Below are positions 31,301-40,432 of a stretch of DNA of 64,000 nucleotides, one piece after another. The translations under genes were made by a program, and so were the position numbers. Location of the stretch: positions 1-64,000 of IMG/VR virus record IMGVR_UViG_3300014204_000120; one strand, written 5' to 3'. The notes under the pieces were generated by a model. It made no database searches. It saw only the letters and a program-made list of their open reading frames with translations, and was not told where the DNA came from. Each line of letters opens with the position of its first letter. The first letter of the stretch is position 1. The DNA comes from a virus (lineage: Duplodnaviria; Caudoviricetes).

Positions 31301-33172
31301 AACGCAGTGTCTGTAGTATCTCAGGCAGTTTCTGTCGTTTCGGTAGCAGCAGCGGCGGCATCAAACGCGGCTTCTGCGGCAGAAGCTCATGCAAATGCCA
31401 TATCTGTCTGGGCAGTGAACACAGACCAACTTAATGCAGTATCTAATGCATTATCAAATGAAATAAGTAACAGACAATCAGCGTCAGCTGCTTTAGAAAG
31501 TCATATTGGTGATGTATCTTCAATTGCTGATACTGCGGCTGGTTATGGATTAGCTGCATTAGATGCAGTGTCAATTGTATCAGTAGCGGCGGCTAATGCT
31601 TTATCAGTTGCAAATAGGATTTCACTTTCAGCAGCGGCTTTAGAAATTCATATCAATACCGTATCTGAAGTAGCTAGAAGCGCTTTAAGTGTAGCACAAT
31701 TAGCATTGACAGCGGCATATGAAGCGAAGGATATGGCAAGCGTTGTATCTGCTACAGCCATGCAGGCAATATCGGTAGTATCAAATGCAGTGTCAATAGT
31801 ATCTGTAGTCGCCGCCAATGCAACATTAATAGCAAACGCGGCTTCTGTTAATGCGGCTAAAGCTTTATCGGTAGCTTCAAACGCCACATCAATAGCTAAT
31901 GCCGCATCAAACAAGGCTTCAGCTCTTTCTGTGAATATTGCTCCTTTACTTGCGGGTAGTATATTAGTAGATCATATTGGTGAAAAAACATCAGCTAATA
32001 CTGTAACAATTGACGATCCACTTACTTTAGCTAGTTATTTGAATTTGTATGATGGTACAACTGGTGATGCTGGTATATATTTTGCAGGAGATGGTCCCGG
32101 CGTGGGTTGGTATCACAGTGCCGCTAGTACATGGACGTATACAACAGGAGTAGGGGATGTTTTATCTATAAGCAATAATGGATTATTTACTAATAAGATA
32201 TCAGAGTTTACTGGCGGTAGTGGCATATCGCTTGAACATGCTACAGTCTGTGCCTCTACGTTGCAGGCTACCGGGTTGAGCGTGGGGAGGGCGCTGACGG
32301 CAGCAAATTATTTGCTTGACCTTTATAGCGCGTCAGACAATGCGTATCCACATATAACGTCCAATGACAATACAAAGTATGCATTCTTGGCGGTTACGGC
32401 AAAAACAAACCGTAGCATTATGATTGGAGCGTATGGGGATGGACATGCGCCAGGAACGCTGTTTGGCGTGTCACTAATTGGTGCTTCATTTGTAATGAGT
32501 GATGGCGTTGCGGCAATGGGCCTCGGCACAACATCTGCTGCACCTCTTTATATCGGCACAAACAACACTGCCGCCATCACCATCTCTACCGCGCAGGCCG
32601 TCACCTGTGCCAGCACCCTTACCGCCGCAGGGGTTTTCCTCGCTCCAAACGGTTCCAATACCGCTCCTGCGTATTCCTTCTCTGGCGACACCGACACCGG
32701 ACTCTATTCTGGTTCCTCAAATGTTTGGCAACTTGTTGCAGGAACCACTATCTGCTTATTATCAAACGGCAGTATCTTGCGCAGCAGCCTCGTCTACAAT
32801 ACCACCGTTTCCAGCTCCCGCGATGTTGAGGTCAATAGCACCGGCGATTTGGGATATGTTTCTTCATCCATCAGATTCAAGGGCAATATCAAGGATTTGG
32901 ATTCTAAAACCACAGAGCGCATCTATGACCTTCAGCCAAAAACATTTCAGTATAAAAAGCGCGATGATTATGGTAAAATATCAGAGGAACTTGAGGATGT
33001 AACACAGTGGGGTTTCATAGCAGAGGAAGCAGAAAAGGTGTTGCCAGAACTGGTGTATTACGGTTCAAAGGGTGAAGTAGACGGATTCAATTATAAGGGG
33101 CTTATCACCCCACTTATTGCCGAAGTCAAGAAACTAAGAGCAAGGGTGGAAGAGCTGGAAAAGAACAAATAA
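28349..33172 (+). CDS. Long tail fibre with Ser/Ala/Val-rich repeats and C-terminal S74 intramolecular chaperone
   Basis: HNHDQRYYTETEID, long repetitive coiled coil, P.YSF.GDTDTG, SSIRFKGNI...GFIAEE...PELV...coiled-coil end. Confidence 0.85.
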   Translation: MAIDSERIYEQIMVRLKTVYTTVTTPLSADSNGDLVYTDKSIYPFDPEKLNIAMGKDSSNNDILPTSAVINLNYNGQKYTNIESVVLAISEEIEHQLKYEWTLDDISDVSATNAADEDVLIYNAIVSAWHNIPSDTLSAYHNHDQRYYTETEIDEKLAELSVGGGSTGVNVVSIALVAEISNRISADNKLSNLISSTSATAMNAISVVSNAVSVVSVAAANALSVAQAAGATAVQANVDAVSNNLSITSAAVYDAISVVSNALSNEISNRISSNNVLSNLISSVSAAILDDISVVSVVAADAKSIANVASGVAVDALSVANRLSLSADNILSIANDAKSIANAASNAVSVETSNRVSADNALSNLISSTSATAMDAVSVVSVVAANALSVASLEISNRQSADNVLSNLISSTSATVMDDISVVSVVAADAKSIANVASGVAVDALSVANRLSLSADNILSIANDARSIANAASEAVSVEVSNRQSADNALSNLISSTSATVMDAVSVVSQAVSVVSVAAADALSVANVASGVAVNALSTANRLSLSADNILSIANDAKSIASSEISNRISADNALSNLISSTSAIAMDAVSVVSVVAADAKSIASSEISNRISADIALSNLISSTSATAMQAISVVSQAVSVVSAAADDALSVANAASGVAVDALSVANRLSLSADNILSIANEAKSIANSASNAVSVEVIDRQSASAALESHISNVSVMTSAEISNRISADNALSNLISSTSATAMQAISVVSVVAADAKSIASSTSVVAAKALSVASAEMSNRISADIALSNLISSTSATAMQAISVVSQAVSVVSVSAAAAASAVVAEVSNRRSASAALESHISTVSIVAKDAASAANVVSVAAAAAASAVAAEVINRISADNALSNLISSTSATPHNLLSPMHGDTIEQSPYDGAIIVAMVRNEVTAWETVAVPDTGFEVKSYFGFDGGETYPSYKLFDFVFSADNALSNLISSTSATVMNAVSVVSQAVSVVSVAAAAASNAASAAEAHANAISVWAVNTDQLNAVSNALSNEISNRQSASAALESHIGDVSSIADTAAGYGLAALDAVSIVSVAAANALSVANRISLSAAALEIHINTVSEVARSALSVAQLALTAAYEAKDMASVVSATAMQAISVVSNAVSIVSVVAANATLIANAASVNAAKALSVASNATSIANAASNKASALSVNIAPLLAGSILVDHIGEKTSANTVTIDDPLTLASYLNLYDGTTGDAGIYFAGDGPGVGWYHSAASTWTYTTGVGDVLSISNNGLFTNKISEFTGGSGISLEHATVCASTLQATGLSVGRALTAANYLLDLYSASDNAYPHITSNDNTKYAFLAVTAKTNRSIMIGAYGDGHAPGTLFGVSLIGASFVMSDGVAAMGLGTTSAAPLYIGTNNTAAITISTAQAVTCASTLTAAGVFLAPNGSNTAPAYSFSGDTDTGLYSGSSNVWQLVAGTTICLLSNGSILRSSLVYNTTVSSSRDVEVNSTGDLGYVSSSIRFKGNIKDLDSKTTERIYDLQPKTFQYKKRDDYGKISEELEDVTQWGFIAEEAEKVLPELVYYGSKGEVDGFNYKGLITPLIAEVKKLRARVEELEKNK
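28860..31930 (+). repeat. Degenerate coding repeats in the tail fibre (E.SNRISADNALSNLISSTSAT.M.AISVVS..)
   Basis: More than ten copies visible in the protein, diverged at synonymous sites. Confidence 0.85.
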
Positions 33173-33237
33173 TCATTAATATGTAAAAACTATATATAAT
33201 AAAGATAAAGACAATCACATTGAACAGGAGAATTTGA

Positions 33238-33774
33238 ATGGAAACAATTAAACTAACAAATGAAAAAGTTATGGGAATTGTAACAATATTAGACGCTTTA
33301 AATGTTTTAGAATTTGATGAAAAGATGTATGCAGATGAAAAAACTTCAAGATCGTATTGGCAAAAATTCGCATACGCCATTTCAAGAAATACCGATGCTT
33401 TTAGTTCATCAATAAAATCAATTAAAAAAGTATTAGATCCATCGAAAGAATATATAGAATATGATAAGAAAAGATTTGAATTAGCCCAAAAATATGCAGA
33501 TTTAGATAAAGACGGTAAACCTATTATTAATGGTAATTCATATGTTGTAAGACAAAACAGAGATAAATTTGATAGAGAAATTGAAATATTAACAAAGGAA
33601 TTTAAAACAGCAATAGATAATCAAAAAAAGTTAAGTGATAATATGCCTCAATTTTTAGAAACTGAAGAAGAAGTAAGTTGTTATAAAATTAAGTCTGAAT
33701 GGGTTCCTTTGACTTTAAACGCACAGCAATTAAGAGCATTGTTACCGTTAATAGATGGAGAATTTAATAAATAA
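33238..33774 (+). CDS. Putative tail-fibre-associated chaperone, paralogue of 53929-54450
   Basis: EYDKKR.EL..KYA..D.DG.PIINGN shared with 53929; both follow a fibre gene. Confidence 0.55.
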   Translation: METIKLTNEKVMGIVTILDALNVLEFDEKMYADEKTSRSYWQKFAYAISRNTDAFSSSIKSIKKVLDPSKEYIEYDKKRFELAQKYADLDKDGKPIINGNSYVVRQNRDKFDREIEILTKEFKTAIDNQKKLSDNMPQFLETEEEVSCYKIKSEWVPLTLNAQQLRALLPLIDGEFNK

Positions 33775-33789
33775 AAAGGAAATTGAACA

Positions 33790-35154
33790 ATGGCAATTGA
33801 AACTTTTGATTTAAGTGCCACAAAAATCAACGTATCATACTGTATAGACGAAGAAACAAAAGAAAGACAACTATATCTTAATGGTCTTCGAGATATACCT
33901 AGATTAAAAGAAATTCAAGAAATAACTAGTGCTTCGTGCGCAATTGTTGCTTTTGGCCCTTCTTTAAATGATACTTGGAATGAAATCTATAAGTTTAAAA
34001 ATATTATAACTGGTTCTGGTTCACATAAGTTTTTATTGGATAAAGGAGTCAACCCGGATAGCTTTGATAACTGGTGGCATATGGAATGTGACCCCAGAGA
34101 TCATAAAATAAAACTTTTAGGTAAGCCCCATCCAAAAATACAATATCTTATAGCTGATACATGTCACCCAAAGTTGTTTGATGTACTTAAAGATTATAAT
34201 GTAAAGATGTGGCACATATACGATTCAAAATTAATACAAACAATGCCAGATTATTATAAAAGAGGAGAAGTTTGTGTAATAGGTGGAAGTAATGTTGGTA
34301 TAAGACAATTAACAATGGCAAGAGTTTTAGGATTTATAAATATACATGTGTTAGGATTAGATTTTAGTTTTCCAGAACCAGAAGAAGGAAAATTACCACA
34401 ACAACACGCGGCGTTTCATCCAAAGTGTAATGCTAATATTGCTAAAATTGTTATTGAAGATAAAACATATTTTACAACACAAGTAATGATTCATTATGCA
34501 AGAGAGTTTTGGCACGAAGTACAATTGTTACCTGATATAAAAGTAGTTTTACATGGTAATGGAATGTTACAACATTGGGCACAGACTAAAGCTCAAGAAC
34601 CAAAACAAAGGGTAAGTATGAAATCTGTTGCCTTGGTTATACCAGAAGTTATAAGTAATGATTATGTTGAATTGAATAGACAATTACATGAAAGTTCTCA
34701 TGAGTATGGTACATTTAGTTTTCAACATGCTAAAACAGTTATCAAACTTAAAGAAAGTTTAAATACATCTTCAGTACTTGATTATGGTTGTGGTAAGGGA
34801 ACATTAGGTCAAAGACTTCCTTTTCCAATATGGGAATATGATCCTGCTATTCCTGGTAAAGATAAGGCACCAAGACCGGCAGATTTAGTTACTTGTTTTG
34901 ATGTATTAGAGCATATTGAACCAGAATATTTAGATAATGTTTTAAAAGATTTAGCAAGATGTGTTTTAAAGATAGGTTATTTTACTATTAATATGGCACC
35001 TTCATCCAAAACTTTAGCTGATGGAAGGAACGCTCATTTGATTCAAAAAGATGAAGCTTGGTGGAAAGAAAAGTTATCTGAATATTTTTTACTTGTTAAT
35101 AATTCTATAATTAAAAAAGGACCACAATTATTTGTAATAGCAGCGCCTAAATAG
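33790..35154 (+). CDS. DUF115/Maf-like domain fused to a class I SAM methyltransferase
   Basis: CAIVAFGPSL, GGSNVG...ARVLGF..IHVLGLDFSF (DUF115/MptE-like); VLDYGCGKG and DVLEHIEP (methyltransferase). Confidence 0.75.
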   Translation: MAIETFDLSATKINVSYCIDEETKERQLYLNGLRDIPRLKEIQEITSASCAIVAFGPSLNDTWNEIYKFKNIITGSGSHKFLLDKGVNPDSFDNWWHMECDPRDHKIKLLGKPHPKIQYLIADTCHPKLFDVLKDYNVKMWHIYDSKLIQTMPDYYKRGEVCVIGGSNVGIRQLTMARVLGFINIHVLGLDFSFPEPEEGKLPQQHAAFHPKCNANIAKIVIEDKTYFTTQVMIHYAREFWHEVQLLPDIKVVLHGNGMLQHWAQTKAQEPKQRVSMKSVALVIPEVISNDYVELNRQLHESSHEYGTFSFQHAKTVIKLKESLNTSSVLDYGCGKGTLGQRLPFPIWEYDPAIPGKDKAPRPADLVTCFDVLEHIEPEYLDNVLKDLARCVLKIGYFTINMAPSSKTLADGRNAHLIQKDEAWWKEKLSEYFLLVNNSIIKKGPQLFVIAAPK

Positions 35155-35164
35155 GAGGATTGAA

Positions 35165-36118
35165 ATGTTTAAAATTACTGAAAGAATTGATAAGGTTACG
35201 AATGTTGATTCAGATCGATTAAAGGAAGTTCTTCCTGCACCTAAATCAGTTAAAATAGAATTGACTAGTAGGTGTAATTATCGTTGTGCTTTTTGTTCAC
35301 ATCAGACTAAAAAAAGTACATCAGATATGGATTTGAATTTGTTTAAACGTATTACTAAAGAAATGCAAGAAGCTGGTGTAACTGAAATAGGTTTATTTTA
35401 TTTGGGTGAATCATTTACTAATCCAACATTATTAGTTAATGCTATTAAATATCTTAAACAGGATTTGAATTTTCCTTATACTTTTTTAACATCTAATGCT
35501 TCTTTAGCCAATCCAGAACAAGTTGAAGCATGTATGGCGGCTGGATTAGATAGTTTAAAATGGTCTTGTAATACAGCTAATCCAGAACAGTTTAAAAAGG
35601 TAGTACAAGTTTCAGAAAAAATGTTTCATAAGTCACTGAATAATATTAAATCTGCGTATGAGATTAGAAAAGCAAAAGGATATAAAACCGGATTATTTGC
35701 ATCATCTATTCGTTATGATGATGAACAACATGAAACTATGATGCAAATGTTAAATGAAAAAGTTATTCCTTATGTTGATGAACACTATTGGTTACCTTTA
35801 TATACGATGGGTAGTTTATCAACAGTTCGTAGAGAAGCAGATTTAGGTTATAGACCAACTGCTGGTAATCAAGGTAGACAGGATGCTTTAGTCAATCCTC
35901 TTCCTTGTTGGACAGTATTTACCGCAAGTCATGTTATTGCTAATGGTAAAGTATCAGCTTGTTGTTTTGATGCTAATGAAAATTGGATTATGGGCGATTT
36001 AACTAAACAATCATTTATGGATGTTTGGAACTCAGAAGAATATCAAAAGCTTAGAAAAGCTCATATTGCTAAAAATATTAAAGGAACGGTTTGTGAAAAT
36101 TGCGTGGCTTATAAATAA
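35165..36118 (+). CDS. Radical SAM enzyme with SPASM/twitch domain
   Basis: IELTSRCNYRCAFC (CxxxCxxC); PCW...G.V..CC.D...GDL...VWN...CENC. Confidence 0.9.
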   Translation: MFKITERIDKVTNVDSDRLKEVLPAPKSVKIELTSRCNYRCAFCSHQTKKSTSDMDLNLFKRITKEMQEAGVTEIGLFYLGESFTNPTLLVNAIKYLKQDLNFPYTFLTSNASLANPEQVEACMAAGLDSLKWSCNTANPEQFKKVVQVSEKMFHKSLNNIKSAYEIRKAKGYKTGLFASSIRYDDEQHETMMQMLNEKVIPYVDEHYWLPLYTMGSLSTVRREADLGYRPTAGNQGRQDALVNPLPCWTVFTASHVIANGKVSACCFDANENWIMGDLTKQSFMDVWNSEEYQKLRKAHIAKNIKGTVCENCVAYK

Positions 36119-36171
36119 AAGTAGTAACTATAAATAAATGTATAGACTTATATTTATAAGGAATATAATGA

Positions 36172-36552
36172 ATGATCAGGGAACTTTCTGACAATTGGGC
36201 GTATGATATAGCTAAAAATCCTATTTCTAATGGTGAAATTAAAGATGTTGAAGTTATTAACCAATCCATAGAAATGATTTTAGGTATTGCTCCAGGAGAA
36301 AGACTATTTAATACTTCATTTGGATTAGGTCTACAAAATCGTATTTTTAATATAGCTTCTCCAGAAGAAGGTGAATCTATTTTAGACCAAATATCTGAAG
36401 CTATTAAAACTTGGGAAGATAGAATTACGTTGGTGGAAAGTCAAATGCAAATTAAAATAGAACCTGATAATAATATGATAATACTTATAATTCCTTATAT
36501 TATCAAACGCAATAGAATAAAAAGCGTCTTCCAAAAGAAAATCTACGGATAA
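36172..36552 (+). CDS. Baseplate wedge protein, gp25-like
   Basis: INQSI..IL...PGERLFN..FG...AI..WE.RI. Confidence 0.9.
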   Translation: MIRELSDNWAYDIAKNPISNGEIKDVEVINQSIEMILGIAPGERLFNTSFGLGLQNRIFNIASPEEGESILDQISEAIKTWEDRITLVESQMQIKIEPDNNMIILIIPYIIKRNRIKSVFQKKIYG

Positions 36553-36564
36553 TGAGGTTATAGA

Positions 36565-39183
36565 ATGGCAACTAATTTTTTAAAGTACACATCGTTAACT
36601 TATGACTCAATTCTGCAACAAATAACAGATAAGTTTAATTCAGACTCTAGATTTGCTAACTTTAGACAATCTGCTATCGCTTCTCTTATGGCTGAAATAT
36701 TTGCCGGCGTTGCAGACTTAGTTAACTATAATTTAGAAAGACGAGCCGAGGAAGCCTTTTTAGACACAGCCAAACTTAAAAGTTCGGTTATTCTACTTTC
36801 CCGTATGCTTGGTTATGTAATGCAAAGACCAATTCCTGCTTCGGCTACTTTAAAAATTAAATTGAAAGGTGACTTTAGTTCCATTATTAGTACTACAGAT
36901 AAATTACAAATACCTTTACAATCATCATTTAGTTATGGTGGTTATAAATTTATTTTAAAGAAAACACTAATAATTAATCTTTCATCATACGTAGACGCAA
37001 TGATATTAGACGGCGCTGCTTATGAATCAGACTATATTACTGTAGACCAAAATAATGATGCTATTGATATCATTCAAGGCGAAATTAAAGAAAAAGTAAT
37101 TGAAGGATCTACTAACCCTCTAATTGGATCCACATTCCAAGTCTATAAAATTGATGATACAGAATTTAGTAACATGTATGGCTCTGAAGACTACGATAAT
37201 CCTGTTACTAGAATTTGGATAGGCGATAATAAATCAACAGATAACGAATATACAATTGATAGAAGGTCTCTTATAAACTGGGAAGTCATTGAAGCGTTCT
37301 CAGATCAAGAAAATATTAAAGTCGCCGTAGTTAGATCTGCTATTAATGAAGGTGTAGAATTACTTTTTGGTAACGGTAGATATGCTAGTGATGGTGTGAA
37401 CTATACTACATCCGGTGGTGCTATAACTTCATATGATAATTTATACGTTCAATACTTAGCTACTAAAGGTTTTAAAGCTAATCAATCAGGCGTTGTTGAT
37501 AAAAAAGTAACATATAGTGGTAGAGTTTATACTAATACCGGAAAGGATATCACAAACAAAGTTGATTTTTATTTTGCTACTAATATAGTTGGTGGCGCTG
37601 ATGCTGAAAGTCTAGAATCTATTAAGTATAACTCACCAGGAATCTTTGCGGCATTAGATCGATGCGTAACAAAGGATGATTATGTAAACTATTTAAAATC
37701 ATTAACTTCTCCTATTAGTATTAAAAATGCTATTGCTTTTGGAGAAGCTGAAGAACTAAACTCTGATACAGGTCGTGATGCAGTTATTCGCCTATTTAAT
37801 GTAGTCCTATTCTCAGTCTTAGGTCATTTATACCAAGTTAATACTTCACCATATTACTATTATACTAAAGAAAATGGTTTGGATAATAACGTACTAGACT
37901 CAAACTTTAATATAGACGATATATCTTACTGGAACTATTTTAATGTGTTTGTTAAAGGAGATACAGAAAGCCTAACAGCTAACTCCCAAATAGTAAGACA
38001 ACTAAAAGAATATACAACATCAGCATTCCAATATAAAATCTATGGTCACGAAATAGATGATACTACTGGCGCATACTATAGTACAAACTACGGTGAAAAT
38101 TTAACTTTATACATCAGCTATACTACAGACGATTCATCTTATAATACAAGTCTAAGCGCTGATACTTCTATTACTGTTGACGTTAGAAGTTTGTCATCTA
38201 AATCAAACGATACCGACGCAATGGAAACTCTAGCATCTCTAATCCAAACTCAACTATTATTAGTCACCGATACTCGCGGTTCTAACACAACAGAAAATAC
38301 ACACTATAATCAAACGGCATTCCCTAACGTTACTGTTACATACGATTCAACAGATAAAGACCTGACTATAGCTTTTGGACAGAATACACCATGTTATATT
38401 GACGAATTTACTAGCGCTACAGGTGCTTCTGATTTAGGACTAAGAATACTATCAGGAACTGCAGCCGTTGGACCTGACGCAGTACTTGTATCTCTGACTA
38501 ATAACCTAAGTCAGAATATAATCAGCGTGGTAGATAAGTTGGACACAAGAGCGCAAATCACAACCAGACCAATATATCTATCAAGTATTATTGAAAAAAT
38601 TAAAATTACTGGTGTGGTAAAAATAAACAGCCTTTATGATACAGAAACTGAAAGAACTAATTTTTATGATGCAATATACAAATGGGCAGATACAACAGCA
38701 GATTTTAAAATTAATCTTTATAAAAGTTCTGTCATAGAAATTATTGAACAGTTTACATCTGTTAAATATACAAATATAAATTTTGAGGCGGATTATCCTA
38801 CACCAGTTAGTACATCAGCATTTTATATAACGGGTGCTAATAAATGGGTTAATAATGGATTTAGTAATAATGCTCAAAAATTATATGCTTATAATTTAAT
38901 TGATCAAAAGATTAATGATTTTTTGGTAGACGAATCTTTGATAACGAAAAGATATTTTTTGGTAACTTTTGCTAAAAATTTATATAATGCTTTTAAAAAT
39001 TTGGGCGGAAATTATGCTACGTTTGTTGATACCATTAATTTTAATAATCTAATTTCTGATATTAATAAAGATTATATTTATATAATGAGAACTAATATGT
39101 TAGATGACGATGGTAATATTACTGAATATTCACTTCCAAATCAAATAGTACAGTTAATATGTAATTTAAATATTGAGTATTAA
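36565..39183 (+). CDS. Baseplate wedge protein, gp6-like
   Basis: EAFLDTA....SV..L...LGY, FGNG, GGADAES.ESIK.N.P..FA..DRCVT..DY. Confidence 0.9.
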   Translation: MATNFLKYTSLTYDSILQQITDKFNSDSRFANFRQSAIASLMAEIFAGVADLVNYNLERRAEEAFLDTAKLKSSVILLSRMLGYVMQRPIPASATLKIKLKGDFSSIISTTDKLQIPLQSSFSYGGYKFILKKTLIINLSSYVDAMILDGAAYESDYITVDQNNDAIDIIQGEIKEKVIEGSTNPLIGSTFQVYKIDDTEFSNMYGSEDYDNPVTRIWIGDNKSTDNEYTIDRRSLINWEVIEAFSDQENIKVAVVRSAINEGVELLFGNGRYASDGVNYTTSGGAITSYDNLYVQYLATKGFKANQSGVVDKKVTYSGRVYTNTGKDITNKVDFYFATNIVGGADAESLESIKYNSPGIFAALDRCVTKDDYVNYLKSLTSPISIKNAIAFGEAEELNSDTGRDAVIRLFNVVLFSVLGHLYQVNTSPYYYYTKENGLDNNVLDSNFNIDDISYWNYFNVFVKGDTESLTANSQIVRQLKEYTTSAFQYKIYGHEIDDTTGAYYSTNYGENLTLYISYTTDDSSYNTSLSADTSITVDVRSLSSKSNDTDAMETLASLIQTQLLLVTDTRGSNTTENTHYNQTAFPNVTVTYDSTDKDLTIAFGQNTPCYIDEFTSATGASDLGLRILSGTAAVGPDAVLVSLTNNLSQNIISVVDKLDTRAQITTRPIYLSSIIEKIKITGVVKINSLYDTETERTNFYDAIYKWADTTADFKINLYKSSVIEIIEQFTSVKYTNINFEADYPTPVSTSAFYITGANKWVNNGFSNNAQKLYAYNLIDQKINDFLVDESLITKRYFLVTFAKNLYNAFKNLGGNYATFVDTINFNNLISDINKDYIYIMRTNMLDDDGNITEYSLPNQIVQLICNLNIEY

Positions 39184-39199
39184 GATATTTTAATATAAA

Positions 39200-39295
39200 T
39201 AATGGTAGAAAGTTGGGACAGCCACAAATGGTTTTCTAACCCCAATTTAGAATTACCTTCTTTCTACTATTAAAAAACCTTATTGGGAGGTTTTG
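39200..39295 (+). ncRNA. Putative structured cis-regulatory RNA leader, copy 2
   Basis: Same architecture and core as 17874-17966; begins right at late promoter 39194-39201. Confidence 0.65.
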
Positions 39296-40432
39296 ATGTG
39301 TAAAAAATTAACTAAAGAAGAATTTATTGAACGATCAAAAAAAATTCACGGTAATAAATACGATTATAGTTTAGTAGATTATATTAATAATAATACTAAA
39401 GTTAAAATTATTTGTTTAAAATGTAATAAAATATTTGAACAAACACCAAATAATCATTTAAATGGTAAGGGTTGTAAAAAATGTAGAAAAACTAAGCACA
39501 AAATGTCAACAATTGAATTTATTGCAAGAGTAAAAGAGATTTGGGGTGATGTTTATGATTATAATTTGGTAGAATATAATAATTTAAACGATAATATTAA
39601 AATTATATGTAAGATTCATGGAGTGTTTAAACAAAAACCTAAAGATCATCTTAGAGGTTGCGGTTGTAGACAATGTGGTATAGATAAAACTAGAAAATTA
39701 AAAATAATGTCATGGGATGATGTTTTAACAAAGTTTAAAAAAATTTATGGTAATGAATATGATTATAGTGAATCTGTGTATCTTTCAATGAATTATCCGA
39801 TTGCTATAATTTGTAAAAATCATGGAATTTTTTATATGTTGCCTAAATATCATTTACATAATGGTGGATGTCCAAAATGCTCAAGACAAAAAATGATAAT
39901 TACAAAAACCAAAAAAATAGAAAATGTTTTATTAGATTTTCGAAATGTTCATGGTGATAATTATGATTATAGTCAGGTTGAATATATTAATAGTAGAACT
40001 AAAATTAAAATTATATGTAAAAAACACGGGATATTTGAACAAACACCAAACAATCATTTAAGAGGTGAATGTTGTCCTAAATGTAAAATATCATTAGGAG
40101 AAAATAAAATATTAATTTGGTTAAATAAAAATAAAATAAAATTTGAACAGCAGAAAGAATTTGATGGTTGTCAATGTAAATTTAATTTAAAATTTGATTT
40201 TTATTTATCAGATTATAATATCTGTATTGAATATGATGGAGGATTACATTTTAAACCTGTTGAATATTTTGGTGGTGAAGAAGCACACGAAAAAACTAAA
40301 ATGAGAGATCAAATAAAAAATGATTATTGTAAAAATAATAATATTAAACTATTTAGGATACCATATTGGAAATTTAATGATATAAATTATATTTTAAAGA
40401 ATATAATAGAAGAAGCAAAAAACTTTTTTTGA
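39296..40432 (+). CDS. Homing-endonuclease-like protein (four YDYS.V.Y...KIIC..HG.F.Q.P..HL.G.GC..C repeats plus Vsr-like domain), related to 11668-12570
   Basis: Repeats visible; FDFYL.DYN.CIEYDG.LHF...YFGG...KTKMRD shared with 11668. Confidence 0.78.
   Translation: MCKKLTKEEFIERSKKIHGNKYDYSLVDYINNNTKVKIICLKCNKIFEQTPNNHLNGKGCKKCRKTKHKMSTIEFIARVKEIWGDVYDYNLVEYNNLNDNIKIICKIHGVFKQKPKDHLRGCGCRQCGIDKTRKLKIMSWDDVLTKFKKIYGNEYDYSESVYLSMNYPIAIICKNHGIFYMLPKYHLHNGGCPKCSRQKMIITKTKKIENVLLDFRNVHGDNYDYSQVEYINSRTKIKIICKKHGIFEQTPNNHLRGECCPKCKISLGENKILIWLNKNKIKFEQQKEFDGCQCKFNLKFDFYLSDYNICIEYDGGLHFKPVEYFGGEEAHEKTKMRDQIKNDYCKNNNIKLFRIPYWKFNDINYILKNIIEEAKNFF

Noticed and set aside
28860-31930. Repeats considered as a CRISPR array or DGR template/variable pair
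   Set aside because: In-frame, degenerate at synonymous sites, no unique spacers, no adenine-specific pattern seen, and no reverse transcriptase in the window
28789-32529. Several minus-strand ORFs opposite the tail fibre
   Set aside because: Antisense shadows of Ser/Ala/Val repeat codons
32499-33002. 167-aa alternative-frame ORF inside the fibre gene
   Set aside because: Expected by-product of the GC-rich segment; no RBS and no recognisable motif
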